Shown here: piece by piece, positions 49,645 through 61,560 of the stretch
How positions within the stretch are numbered: position 1 is the first letter of the stretch
Layout: each line of letters opens with the position of its first letter
Assembly: GCF_963921235.1 (NCBI RefSeq)
Contig: NC_086097.1
Coordinates: forward strand, 137,456,001 to 137,520,000
Reading direction: 5' to 3'
Source of the DNA: Mobula hypostoma
Taxonomy: Eukaryota
DNA: 64,000 nt
The notes under the pieces: model-generated
The model's input: the letters and a program-made list of their open reading frames with translations, nothing else
The model's database searches: none
Told to the model about the DNA's origin: nothing
Position numbers and translations under genes: made by a program

Positions 49645-50778
49645 TATAATATGATTTGAAGAGGCATGATTAGGAAGTCAGCATGGCTTTATAAGTCTGA
49701 CTGAATATTTTGAGGATGTGACGAAACACATTGATGAAGGTAGAGCAGTAGATGTAGTGTATATGGATTTCAGCAAGGCATTTAACAAGGTACCCCATGC
49801 CAGGCTTAGAGAAAGTAAGGAGGCATGGGATCCAAGGGGACCTTGCTTTGTGGATCCAGAACTGGTCTGCCCACAGAAGGCAAAGAGTGGTTGTAGATGG
49901 GTCATATTCTGCATGGAGGCCAGTGACCAGTGGTGTGCCTCAGGGATCTGTTCTGGGAACCCTAATCTTCGTGATTTTTATAAATGACCTGGATGAACAA
50001 GTGGAGGGATGGGTTAGTAAATTTGCTGATGACACATAGGTGGAGGTGCTGGGGATAGTGTGGAGGATCAGAGGGATCTTGAGGTCCAAGTCCATAGGAC
50101 ACTCAAAGGTACTGAGCAGGTGGACTCTGTGGTTAAGAAAGCATATGGTGCATTGGCCTTCATCAATCGTGGGACTGCGTTTAGGAGCCGAGAGGTAATG
50201 TTGCAGCTATATTGGACTCCGGTCAGACCCCACTTGGAGTACTGTGCTCAGTTCTGGTCGCCTCACTATTGGAAGGATGTGAAAACCATAGAAAGGGTGC
50301 AGAGGAGATTTACAAGGATGTTGCCTGGATTGGGGAGCATGCCTTATGAGAATAGGTTGAGTGAACTTGGCCTTTTTTCCTTGGAGTGATGGAGGACGAG
50401 AGGTGACCTGATAGAGGTGTATACGATGTTGAGAGGCATTAATCATGTGGATAGTCAGAGGCTTTTTCCCCCAGGGCTGAAATGGCTAGCACGAGAAGGC
50501 ACAGTTTTAAAGTGCTTGGAAGTAGGTACAGAGGTGATGTCGGGGTAAGTTTTGTTTTAAAAACGCAGAGGGTGGTGAGTGCGTGGAATGGGCTGCCGGC
50601 GGCAGTGGTGAAGATGGATACGACAGGGTCTTTTAAGCGACTCCTGGCCAGGTACATGGAGCTCAGAAAAGTAGAAGGCTATGGGCAACCCTAGGTAATT
50701 TCTAAGGTAAGGATATGTTCAGCACAGCTTTGTGGGCCGAAAGGCCTGTATTGTGCTGTAGATTTTCTATGTTTCTAA
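49645..50778 (+). mobile_element. 5'-truncated, internally deleted CR1 (same subfamily as 25048-26583)
   Basis: [49 protein letters not shown]; tttctatgtttct tail. Confidence 0.92.
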
Positions 50779-51044
50779 GGTAGCTGAGAAATACTGATCA
50801 ATTGAAACAGTCTTGTATGGAGGAATGGTCTATATTTTTTTTAAAAAACAGGCTTGGTTATATATTACAATGTACTGCTGCATATCAACAAATTTTGCGA
50901 CATATGCCAGAGATATTAAAGTTGATTCTAATTCTAATACTGGCCCATTCTCCTAATCTATGCAAGTCAGAAGTTTCAACTTTTTTTGTACCCTGGACCA
51001 GTACAATTAAGAGATCTGTGGTCCCTAGGTTGGGAACCCCTGGT

Positions 51045-51265
51045 CTAAGTCCATCTGCAGCCTCCCTGCTTCCTCAACACTGCCTGCCCCTCCACGTATC
51101 AACCACAAAGCTATCAATTCCAAATCATTAACATACAGTGTGAAAGGAATCGGTCCCAACACTGATCCCCGGAGAACACCACTCGTCACCAGCAGCCAAC
51201 CAGAAAATGCCCTCTTCATTTCTCCACTCTTTGCCTCCTGCCAGTCAATCAATTTTCTGTCCATC
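51045..51265 (-). mobile_element. CR1 RT fragment
   Basis: VTSGVLRGSVLGPIPFTLYVNDL. Confidence 0.7.
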
Positions 51266-51741
51266 CTGGTAGTATAACCACCTCAAAAAATGTTTTTTTA
51301 TTTTCTTAATGCTGGATCTGGAGATGGTATTGTCCAGAAGGTTCTTTAGCAGTCAAGAATGAGGCACAAATGTTTACAGTTGTTTCATTAAATGTTCAAG
51401 GAAGACATCAAGCAGTATCAGCTTGTAACAGCACAGTAACTAGCAGCAAGGAATAGGAAATAAGAGAAAAATGGCACGTAACAAAGTAACTGAGATCTCA
51501 TATTTTCCCTTTATACTGCAAACTCAAAAGCTGGTTAGATGATGGGGTTTTATCTCATGGGAACAAGGGTAACATCTCAGGCTTACAGACAAAAACTAAA
51601 AAAATCTACTAAAATTTACAGACAGGTGAATATACAAACATGAAGGTATAAACAAAGTTAAACTACCTGAAAAAGAGCAATTTAAACCCCGATACAGCAT
51701 CTGCGATATGGTATGCAAGATGCAGAATTAATACTTTACAC

Positions 51742-54700
51742 TGTGTTATGTGTGCACATAATAAAGAACTTCAGTTCCCAATGTGCAATGCAGGCGGATC
51801 ACCCGGAACCGGAAGTGGCGTTGGTAAGCTGGTCGCATGCCGAGTCGGGCTGAAGCCATTACTGTACATAAAGATGTTTTTGCTTTTACCCACGTTGCTA
51901 ATTTTTACAAGAACATAAAAAGGAGTCAGAAGGCACCACGAGGTCTAAACACAGAGCGTAAATGAATACAGTATCACGTGCTACTGAAAAAGAGATGCTA
52001 GGTTCCAAAAGAGAGAAGCTGCCAGCCAGAGAGTATGTTGTGTCCTGAAGCTGCCGTTTTTCATTGAATTCACCAAGAGAGATTCGGGTAAGAGCCCAAA
52101 AATTCTGTCATGGATAAGTTGTCCTCCCACACTTATGCAGTTTACTAGCAATCTGATAACTGGAAACACTTCAAATTGCAATTCAATGTATATTTAACAG
52201 CGAGTGTGGATGAAAATTGGAAGGCATCTATCTTTCTACAAATAATTGACGAAGACACCTTGGACATCTATAACAGCTTTCAAATTGATAAGACGGCCTT
52301 GAGATTGGACACTCAGATGACAAACTTTGTGAAGTATTTTGTCCCGAGTAAAAACATCACGTTCGAATGATACAAGTTATTTTCTTGTGACCAGAAACAA
52401 GGTGTCAACTTTGACCAGTACCTAGTTGAGCTTCACACACTGAGTAAGTCCTGCAAATTTGAAGGTTTGAGAGACTTGCCAGTTAGAGACAAATTAGTTT
52501 GCGGGATCTCGGATAATAGACTTAAGAGAAATTTAGATCCACAAAAAAATTAAAGCAGGAAAAGTTTGTGGGAATGTGTAGGACACTGGAGACCTCATAA
52601 GCACAAGCCAAGAAGTTGCGCAGGGCATAAGCAACAATGCATGCTGTGATAACAGAGGGGCAATGCATACGGCATTTCTGAAAGCAACAGCTAAGCACAG
52701 AGGTAGGCTCAAACAGCAAATGTGGAGGGGCACTTTCCAAAGACGTTTTCTGCAATAACTGTGGGAAGAAGAATCATTTTGCAAAGTTCTACAAAGCTGG
52801 GGCTACCAAGAGGAAGAGGCACATGGCTGATGAAATGGAGCAAGTTTTGGCAAGTCAGAATGGATTGCTCCAGAGACTGTGCATGAGACAGTACACATCT
52901 TTCCCTCTCCACCCCTTTCCGCTTTCCGCAGGGATCGGTCCCTCCCCACGGATCTCCCATCTGGCACTTATCCCTGTAAGCACAAGTGCCACAGCTGTCC
53001 CTACACCTCCTCTCTTGCCACCATTCAGGGCCTCAAACAGTCCTTCCAAGTGAGCCAACACTTCACTTGTGAGTCTGTTGGGGTCATCTATTGCACCCGG
53101 TGCTCCCGGTGCAGCCTCCTTTACATCGGTGAAACCCGACGCAGGTTGGGGGACCGCTTCGTCGAGGAGCTCCGCTCCGTCCGCCACAACAGACAGGATC
53201 TCCCAGTAGCCACCCACTTCAACTCTGCTTCCTACTCCCATTCAGATATGTCCATACATGGCCTCCTCTACTGCCATGATGAGGCTAAATTCAGATTGGA
53301 GGAGCAACAGCTCATAAACCGTCCAGGTAGTCTCTAGTCCCTTGGTATGAACGTAGAATTCTCCAACTTCCGGTAATTCCCTCCCCCTCCCTTCCTCTAT
53401 CCCTATGTCACTCTGCCCCCTCCCCCAGCTGCCTACCACCTCCCTCATGGTTCTGCTTCCTTCTACTACCCATTGTGTTTTCTCCTATTCCTTCTTCACC
53501 TTTCCTGCCTATCACCTCCCTGCTTCCCCTCCCCCACCCCTTTATCTTTCCCCTTACTGGTTTTTCACCTGGAATCTACCAGCCTTCTCCTTCCCACCCT
53601 CCCCCCACCTTCTCTATAGGGCCTCTGCCCCTTCCCTCTTCAGTCCTGACAAAGGGTTCCGGCCTGAAACGTCGACTGATCATTTCCACGGATGCTGCCC
53701 GACCTGCTGAGTTCCTCCAGCGTGTGTGAGTGTTGTTTTCATCCCAGCATCTGCAGATTATTTTGTGTTTATGTTGACATGATTGCTGCCTCCGTTCCAG
53801 TATCTCCCGAAAGAAGAGATTAGGACAGCAGCAGGGACAGATGAAACAATGAAAGTATTCCAAGAGACAATACAGATAGGATGGCCAGCAACTAAGAATG
53901 ACTGTGCAATGCGTATTCAGGATTATGGGGCATGCAGAGTTGAACTGTCATTAGTGAAAAGTTTGGTCTTCAAAGGGAACAAGTTTGTGATTCCAGTGTC
54001 GCTACATAAAGAAATGCTCCAGAAGATATATGAAGAGCATCTTGGTGTGGAAAAATGTAAATGGAGAGCTCGTGAAGTGATGTACTGGCCAAGAATGAAC
54101 CTAGACATCAGCCAGAGCATTGCTTCATCTGAAATATGTTTTACCTACAAACCAAAGCAGCAAGCAAAACCACTTACACAACACTATGTACCAGAAAGGC
54201 CATAAGGGAGTGGATTTGTTTGATTGCAATGAGAAAAGTCATATTGTAGTAACAGACTATTTTTCTCAATTACCCAGAGATTGCAACACCGCAATCAACA
54301 TCCAGCAAAGCAGTCATCACCTTCCTGAAAGCTGTGTTTGCGAAGTATGGAGTCCCATGTGAACTGGTATCAGACTATGGTCCACAACTTCAGCCGTGAA
54401 TTTGAGTCCTTTGCCAATGACTGCCCGGGGGGAGGGGGGCGTGACATACAACTTCAAGCCCACATCACCCAAAATCAATGAAGACAGCTCGAGATGGATG
54501 AGAGGACTTTCACAAAAGTCTGATGATTTACAGAAGTGCACCACGCAGAATGGCCTTTCACCAGCCCAAATGTCGATGAGTTGCCACATATGCACTATCC
54601 TTCCAGTGCACAGTTGACACCTAAATGAGCACACAAGATCAAATTGGCTAAAGAGAAAGGGAGTGGAAAAAAATCATGACAAGACTGTGAAAAGTCTACC

Positions 54701-55361
54701 AATCCTGAAGGCTGGAGATCAAATACGAATCCGAGATTGCAATTCTGGCACATGGTCCATGCAAGGATTTGTGCAAGAGGAAGTTGCTCCACATTCCTAC
54801 CATATCTAGACAGAGCAAGGAACACCTCTGAGAAGGAACTGTGTGGATCTATGACCACAAGCTCCAACCCATAGCTGTGAAACGTCACCTGTCAGCACAC
54901 CAAAGGGGCCAAGCAGATCTGAAAAATAACCTTGTTAATCAGAGTTCTCAAAGACACAAACATTAACACAGCAAGTGAAAGCAATACATCTGTGGAGACA
55001 AATAGACCAAAAAGGATTGTCAAACCACCTCAGAGATTGATTGACGGTTGATGAGTGAATAAGGGACTGTATTTACACATCACAAAGTTAATGTAATTAT
55101 CTTTGTTAGAAAGCATTATTGTCTCTTGCAGGTTTATAATGACATTGTGTTGTGCTGGTTTTTCTTTTAAGGGGGAAAGATGTGTTATTACATGTGTACA
55201 AAATAAAGAACTTCAGTTCCCAGTGTGCAATTTGGGCGGTTCACCCAGAACCACAAGTGGTATTCGTGAGATCATTGCACACACTCATGTTGGGCTGAAG
55301 CCATTACTGTACATAAAAATTTGTTAGTTTTTACCCACACTGTTAGTCTTTTTCAAGAACA
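51742..55361 (+). mobile_element. Degenerate Gypsy (Mag/K02A2.6-like) LTR retrotransposon; no recognisable RT region
   Basis: Diverged LTRs at 51742-~51915 and 55181-~55361 (tgtgttat...caagaaca); PBS-like ggagtcagaag; PPT aagggggaaaga at 55169-55180. Gag remnant (FNVYLTAS..FVPSKNITFE..RDKLVCGI) and integrase Zn-finger region (EEHLGVEKCKWRAREVMYWPRM). Confidence 0.88.
52893..53772 (+). mobile_element. Penelope-like element fragment nested in the Gypsy element
   Basis: [33 protein letters not shown] (GIY-YIG); tail with a hammerhead-like motif at 53641-53677. Confidence 0.9.
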
Positions 55362-57299
55362 AAGAAACTATTCTAAGCTGGTTAGATAATGGAGTCTTGT
55401 CTGATGGGAATAAGGACAACACCTCAGGTTTACAGACAAAAAAACTTTGAAAAATCTACTAACATTTACAAACAGGTGAGTATACAAACAAAAAAGCAAG
55501 TGTAAACAAAGTTAAATGTCAAGAAGAATAGCAACTTGGCCCCTAATCCAACATATGCAATATGGTATACAAAATGCAGAATTGAAGTAATGTTTAATTG
55601 GCCACACTAGACTAAAATCTGACTATTTTCTAATGAAATGCAATTTAAAATCAGCTGAAATTGTCTTACCAGCCAAATGAATCTTTCTATCTTAAAGTAA
55701 CTTTTTACAGTTTTGTACGTGTCAAATTTACTCCAATTAACATTATGTAATAACTACAATGAATTAACCTGAAGTCTGTCAGCTCACCAAAGTATTGCCA
55801 TCAATAAATATCGGGTGTATTCTCACTAGGCAATGACTATTTAATACTTGTCCATTGGTAATTAAACATAGTTGGGTTTCAACTTCAGTAAACAATGTTC
55901 CCTCTAATGTTTATCTTTACAGCTGGGTGGACCAACCATTGCTCTGAACAGGAAATTTTCACATGGCCTAAAAACTGCACAGCACATTAACGTTTTTGGT
56001 TTTGTAGATGTGTCATCATTCAGCAGGCTGGCAGTTTATTAACAATGAAATGGTGACTTCCATTCTGTGCTTATTGTTACAATTTGTAAGTAGGTTGAAG
56101 CTTTAAAATGTTTGAAATTAAAGGTTTTTGTACCTTTATTAGATGGATTATATTCATTAACAGAATTACAGGGTATTTCACAACCGTATCAACAATTTCA
56201 AAATTATCTTAACATTACATAAAAGAAAATTCCAGCTGTGCAAAGGCCATGTGCACAAGAACATTTTGGTTACTGCATGGCCATGCAGCTTCAAGGGACC
56301 AGTGTCAGTAAATTAACTGTTTATGGGTAGTATGCTTCAGAGTTAATTAAATATCATAAGCAAACACCTAGAGTATTTTCCTATAGCATCCTTAAGAAAA
56401 ACAGCTTAAAAGCTAAAAAAAATTACTAGGATTACTAGTTACTTTGGATTTCTAGCATCTGCGGAATTTCGTGTTGAATCAAGAAACTAGTGTTTCCTGT
56501 ATTTTCCCAATTTAACTGAGTCTGAGGCATTGCCAAGTCCACAATTACTCGAGGTGGAAATTAAGTTTATGATTTCATAAGCAAATCGCCAACAATAATA
56601 AATTTCATTAATATCACACAGTGAACCAGAATAAATCTAGGAGGAGTAAGAGTGGGAAAACTTGTTGAAGCAAAGGAAGGGATTGGGATGCAATAACAAA
56701 AAGTTTGAAGAGATGATTTTTAAGAAGGCATCTTTAAGGAGGATGAGAGAAATTTAGAAAGGCTAGGGAAATTCAAAAATCTGGATACAAATCAGTTGAA
56801 GTTCTGGTTACCAACGGCAGGTAAGAAGTGCACGTTCAGAGTTCAAAGAACCGAAAAGCTTGCAGATTGAATATTGAGAGCTAAAGTCTCAGTGGGATTA
56901 AGCATGTGACTAAGAAATATTAACTGAAGGATTGGAAGTTCAGGGCACCAATATAGATCGTGGAATACACGAATAGGCGATTAGGTCTCCTGACTGGAAG
57001 GATGGCCGACTTCTGTAAGAGCTGACATTTAGAGTGTAGAGGCCGGGGGTTGGTGAGTCAGTGAAGGCTTTAACAAAAGAGAAAGTCAAAAAGTACCACG
57101 AAGGAGGGCACCTTTCGCAACGTCAACCAAGGGAAGCTCTGAAGAATGTGGGCAGAAGGCAGAAGTGTTGCAGAGGATGTGGTTTGCTGAAGTGTGCGAG
57201 GTTAGAGCAGCCGCACGACATGTCAGCTACTTCGGGGTTTAGTTCGGAAAATCAGACGCTAGGTGGGCTGGAAACTGCTTGGAGATCCATCAAACTGAG

Positions 57300-57880
57300 C
57301 CAGACAATCATGACAGGAAAATCTTTCCGCAGGCGCGGGTGGGGACGAGCTGCCTCCAGGAACTTGATCCGACTGGTGAACTTCATCAGAATATCCACGC
57401 TGTTATAATAAAGGAGCGGGAACGGTGAAGCCAGTCAAGCCTCTGCCACACCACACAGTCCAATCCAGCCCTACCCACAACCCCAGCCTGCCCCCATCCG
57501 TCCACTGCCAAAGGACAGGACAGAATGTTCTAGTCTCTGCACGGCACGGCACTGCGCAACCCGACTCGCTACTCACCGGAGAGACGGTGCCCCTCCCGAG
57601 GCTCCGTGCCTCACTCACTCACTCACTCACAAATCAGGGGAGCGGTCGCTGCGATCCCGCTGTAAGACCTCATCGTCAATCCGCGGAGCACAGCCCCTCC
57701 TTTCGTCATCGAACGCCGCTCCCTCACGGCCCATCACCCACGTGTCAGTCACCGAGGCCCGCCCTATCAGCGCGCGGATCACCGGGCCCGGCCCCGCCCT
57801 CTCTTCACGTCAGCGCCCCACCAGTAAATTGTCTTCCGACCAAAGATGGCGCCATTGCGCACGGGTGGGCTTGGCTGAGG
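57300..57880 (-). promoter_or_regulatory. CpG-island promoter of ANO10
   Basis: The only non-repeat CpG-dense tract in the window. Contains E-box CACGTG (57739-57744), GC box CCCCGCCC (~57792-57799), TGACGTGA on the minus strand (~57805-57812) and YY1-like AAGATGGCG (57843-57851). Confidence 0.75.
57577..57720 (-). other. ANO10: Candidate non-coding exon 1 (5' UTR) of ANO10
   Basis: Lies in the CpG island and ends at a strong donor CCG|GTGAGT (57576-57571). Exon 2 has an acceptor only 8 nt before its ATG, so an upstream exon is required. The TSS is approximate. Confidence 0.6.
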
Positions 57881-57889
57881 TTCCATTAA

Positions 57890-60560
57890 ATCCAAACGAA
57901 TCAGACTATGTCGTGACATTTGTTAACTTTGCGGTAGTTGTACATAAGAGAGAAAAAATCGTGATTTGCAGTAAGTAAGTGTGTGTGTATATATATAAAA
58001 TAGTTAAATTAAACGTAGTTTAATAAAAGGGTAGTGAGGTGGTATTCAGGGGTTCAATGTCCATTGGCAGAGGGGAAGAAGCTGTTTCTGAATCACTGAG
58101 TGTGTGACTTCAGGCTTCTTTAGCACCTACATGACGGCAGCAAAGAGAAGAGGGCATGTTGTGGGTGGTGGGGCCATTAATGATGGACACTGCCTTCCCA
58201 AGGCACCACTCCTTGAAGATGTCTTGGATACTACGGAGGCTGCTACCCAAGATGGAGCTGACTAATTTGACAACTCTCCGCAGCTTACTTCGATCCTGTG
58301 CAGTAGATGCCCTCACCATTCCAGATGGTGATGTGGGCAGTTAGAATGCTCTCCACAGTATGTCTGTAGAAATTTACAAGTGTTTTTGGTGACATATCAA
58401 ATCTTCTCAAACTTCTAAAGAAATATAGCCGCTGTCTTGCCTTCTTTATAGCTGCATTAATATGTTGAGTCCAGGTTAGGTCCTCAGAGATATTGACACC
58501 CAGGAACTTGAAATTGCTTACTCTCTGCACTTCTGATCCCTCTATGAGGACCAGTGTGTTTTCCCTCATCTTACCAACAATCAGTTCTTTCATCTTACTG
58601 ACGTTGAATGCCAGATTGTTGCTGTCGCACCATTCCACTAGTTGGCATATCTCACTCCTGTACGTCCTCTTGTCACCATTTGAGATTCTACCAACAATGG
58701 TTGTATCATCAGCAAATTTGTATATGGTATTTGAGCTCTGCCTAGCTACACAGTCATGGGTACAGAGGGAGGAGAGCAGTGGGCTAAGCACACATCCTAG
58801 AGGTGTGCTGGTGTCGATTATCAGCGAGGTGGAGATCTTATTTACAATCCACATAGATTATGGCCTTCCGGTTAGGAAGTTGAGGATCCAGTTACAGGGG
58901 GAGGTACAGAGGCCCAGGTTCTGTAGCTTTCCGATCAGAACTGTAGGAATGATGATGTTAAACGTTGAGCTGTAGTCAATAGACAGCATCCTGACATATG
59001 TATTTGTATCGTCCAGGTGATCCAGAGCTACATGGAGAGCCAGTGAGATTGCATCTGTTGTAGTTTTATTGTGGCGATAGGCAAATTGCAGTGGGTCCAG
59101 GTCCTTGCTGAGACAAGAATTGATTCTAGCTATTTCATCACCGTAGATGTAAGCGCTACTGGACGGTAGTTGTTAAGGCAGCTTACTCTTCTCTTCTTGG
59201 GCATAGGTATAATTGTTGCCCTTTTGAAGCAGGTGTGAACTTCCGACTGTAGCAATGAGAGATTGAAAATGTCTTTAAGCAGCCCTGCCAGTTGGCTGTC
59301 ACAGGTTTTCAGAGCATTTCCAGGTACTCCATTGGGGCCTGTCGCTTTTCGAGGCCGATGTCAGGTTGTCTTTCAAGGTTCACCCTCTTGACATCAGCCT
59401 CTGAGGCAGAGATCACAGGGTGGCCGGGTGCTGATGGATCCTCATAGCTGCAGTTTTATTCTCCCTTTCAAAGCGAGCGTAAGAGGCGTTGAGCTCATCT
59501 GGGAGTGAAGCTTCACTTGTTGGGTTTCACTTTGTAGGAAGTAATAGCCTGCAAACCTTGCCAGATGTAACCTCCAACCTAACTTGTAATTGTTCCTCAG
59601 CTCTTGAAATAGCCCTCCACAAGCCATACCTGGTTTTCTGGTACAGACCTGGGTCGCCAGACTTGACTGCCACAGCTCTCGCCCTCAGCAGACTAAGAAC
59701 CTCCTGGTTCATCAGTGGCTTTTGACTTGGGTATGTACAGTGTGTTCTGGTGGGCACACACTCATCCTCACATGTTTTAATTAAGTCAGTGACAGCTGTG
59801 GCATACTCATCCAGATTTGAAGATGAATCCCTGACTACAGTCCAGTCCACCAATTCAAAGTAGTTTTGTTAGCACTCTTGCACCTCCCTTATCCATACTT
59901 TCTTGGTCCTCACTACTGGTGCTGCAGTCTTCAATCTCTGCCTATACTCAGGGAGTAGAAGTTCAGCCGGGTGATCAGACATTCCAAAGTGTGGGCATGG
60001 AATAGCACGATAGGAATTCTTGATGGAGGTGTAACAGTGTACCAGTGTGTTGCTTCTTCTGGTAGTACACGTGATTTGTTGATGCTAATTATTTAATGAC
60101 TTTTTCAAGATGACCTGGTTAAAGTCCCCCAAAATGCCAAAATGATGGTGAACGCATCGGGATGTGCTGTTTCATGCCTGTTGATCACATTGTTCAGTTC
60201 ATTTAGAGCCTGTTTGACATTGGCCTGTGGTGGATTGTGCACCACTACCAAAACAATTGCCGAAATCTCCCAAGCCAGGTAAAATGGACGGCACTTGATC
60301 ACAAAGTGTTCCAACTCTGGTGAACAGCACTAGGAAAGCACCACAAAATTTGTACACCCTGAGGAGTTGATCATGAAGCATACTCACCTCCTCTGCCTTT
60401 GAAAGACTACCTTGGCAGTGTATTGTGAACCAGTCAATCTGAGTCGCTGCATCCAGAACAGAAATGTTTCCCAAGATTCCATGAAACAATGTCCCTCTGG
60501 TACAGCACCCCAGCTCTCAGATCTTCAATTTTATTTACCAGACACTGTACATTTGCGCTG
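57890..60560 (-). mobile_element. Long, decayed Rex1/Babar-like LINE (endonuclease plus RT) directly upstream of the ANO10 promoter
   Basis: CRPFYLAWEISAIVLVVVHNPPQAN (EN), DWTVVRDSSSNLDEYA, and TPLGCVLSPLL...YKFADDTTIVG (RT, ORF 58285-58854); tail ends ~57890. Confidence 0.9.
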
Positions 60561-60964
60561 AAGCTAATCTAATGGTGTTATTCCCTCAACATTAACTCCT
60601 GCAGCCAATCAGATCCTTGAGCCTGGGCCCCCATCAAACAACTTAACACTTTCTTACCCTAGCCATCTCTGAATGATTACCTGTCCAGGCTAGTGTTGAA
60701 TGATTCGACAGCCTCAGTGCTGTACTGAGGTATGTCATTTAATGTCACTAGTTCACAACCCCAGTGACCTTGGTTCAGTATTGACCTCCTGCCCTGTCGG
60801 TGTGCACTTTGCATATTTTCTCTGTAACCACATGGGTTCGTCCAGGCACTCTGACGTTCTTTTGTAATCCCAGGTTAGTTGGCTACTGTGCAAAGAGTCA
60901 TGATACAGTGGCCATTACGGAAAATTTCAGGGTGAAGATGATTGAGAATTAAATATCAAATGGT

Positions 60965-61560
60965 ATCAGACAATCCAGAAGGAGAGGCATGAAGGTAAGG
61001 GAGGTGGGGTAGCGCTCTTAACTGAGTTTGAGGTCAGGGCGATAGTGAGAGACAATATGAGATCCAAGGAGCAGAATGGCGAGTCCATCTGGGTAGAGAT
61101 TAGGGATAGTAAAGAGAAGAAAATCACTGGGGCGGAGGTGTCTGTAGACCACTGAATAATAACAATACAGTGGCACAGAAAACAAAACAAGAAATAACTG
61201 ATGCGGTCCGGCTGGTGGCACAATGACATCGGTGCCAGACCTGGGAAGGAAGGTTCCCGGGTTCGAAACCAGTCGGGTCCGCTCCCAAGTACGCTTTCCT
61301 TCTGTGCTGGGTTGAGTGTCGAGATCACAACTCGACCTCGTAAAATAAAAGGGAAAAATACTGCGAAAATGTCTGTGTGAGGAATGGCGCTCCTCACAGT
61401 CTCTCTCTCTTGCTCCGCGCCTTGGAAAAGACATCATCACGGACGCACGCATAGACTTGCACACACCAAAAAAAAAGAAGAAATAGCTGATGCATGTAAG
61501 AATGGAAAGACAGTTGTCATGGTTACTTTAACTTGTATCTAGGTTGGGTGAATCAGGTTG
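60965..61560 (+). mobile_element. CR1 endonuclease fragment interrupted by a SINE
   Basis: gaaggtaagggaggtggggtagcgctc (GKGGGVAL) and gagtccatctgggtagagattagg (ESIWVEIR). Confidence 0.7.
61205..61477 (+). mobile_element. tRNA-derived SINE with poly(A) tail
   Basis: ggctggtggcacaatg (A box) and ggttcgaaacc (B box). 16-bp TSD aagaaata(a/g)ctgatgc at 61189-61204 and 61478-61493. Confidence 0.85.

Larger units (their letters stand above)
48030..50830 (+). mobile_element. Degenerate Tc1-like DNA transposon carrying nested Penelope and CR1 insertions
   Basis: MPGSKQLPEDLRGRIVEIHEA (HTH), IWGCF, QQDNDLKHKSK and SPDLNPI; EMLWHDLKRA follows the Penelope insert and LKQSCMEEW follows the CR1 insert. 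Confidence 0.82.

Noticed and set aside
48842..49667. Proline-rich ORFs (also 12186-12635 and 53405-53863)
   Set aside because: They are translations of the pyrimidine-rich Penelope 3' UTR, repeated in several copies.
55893..56305. hAT-like element with TIRs caatgttccctctaa / ttcaagggaccagtg
   Set aside because: The TIR match is imperfect and no TSD could be confirmed, so it is too weak to list as a feature.
57061..57978. Plus-strand ORFs of 115, 154 and 78 aa near the CpG island as a divergent gene
   Set aside because: No recognisable domain. They are low-complexity, Pro/Arg/Ser-rich frames of the kind expected by chance in GC-rich DNA.
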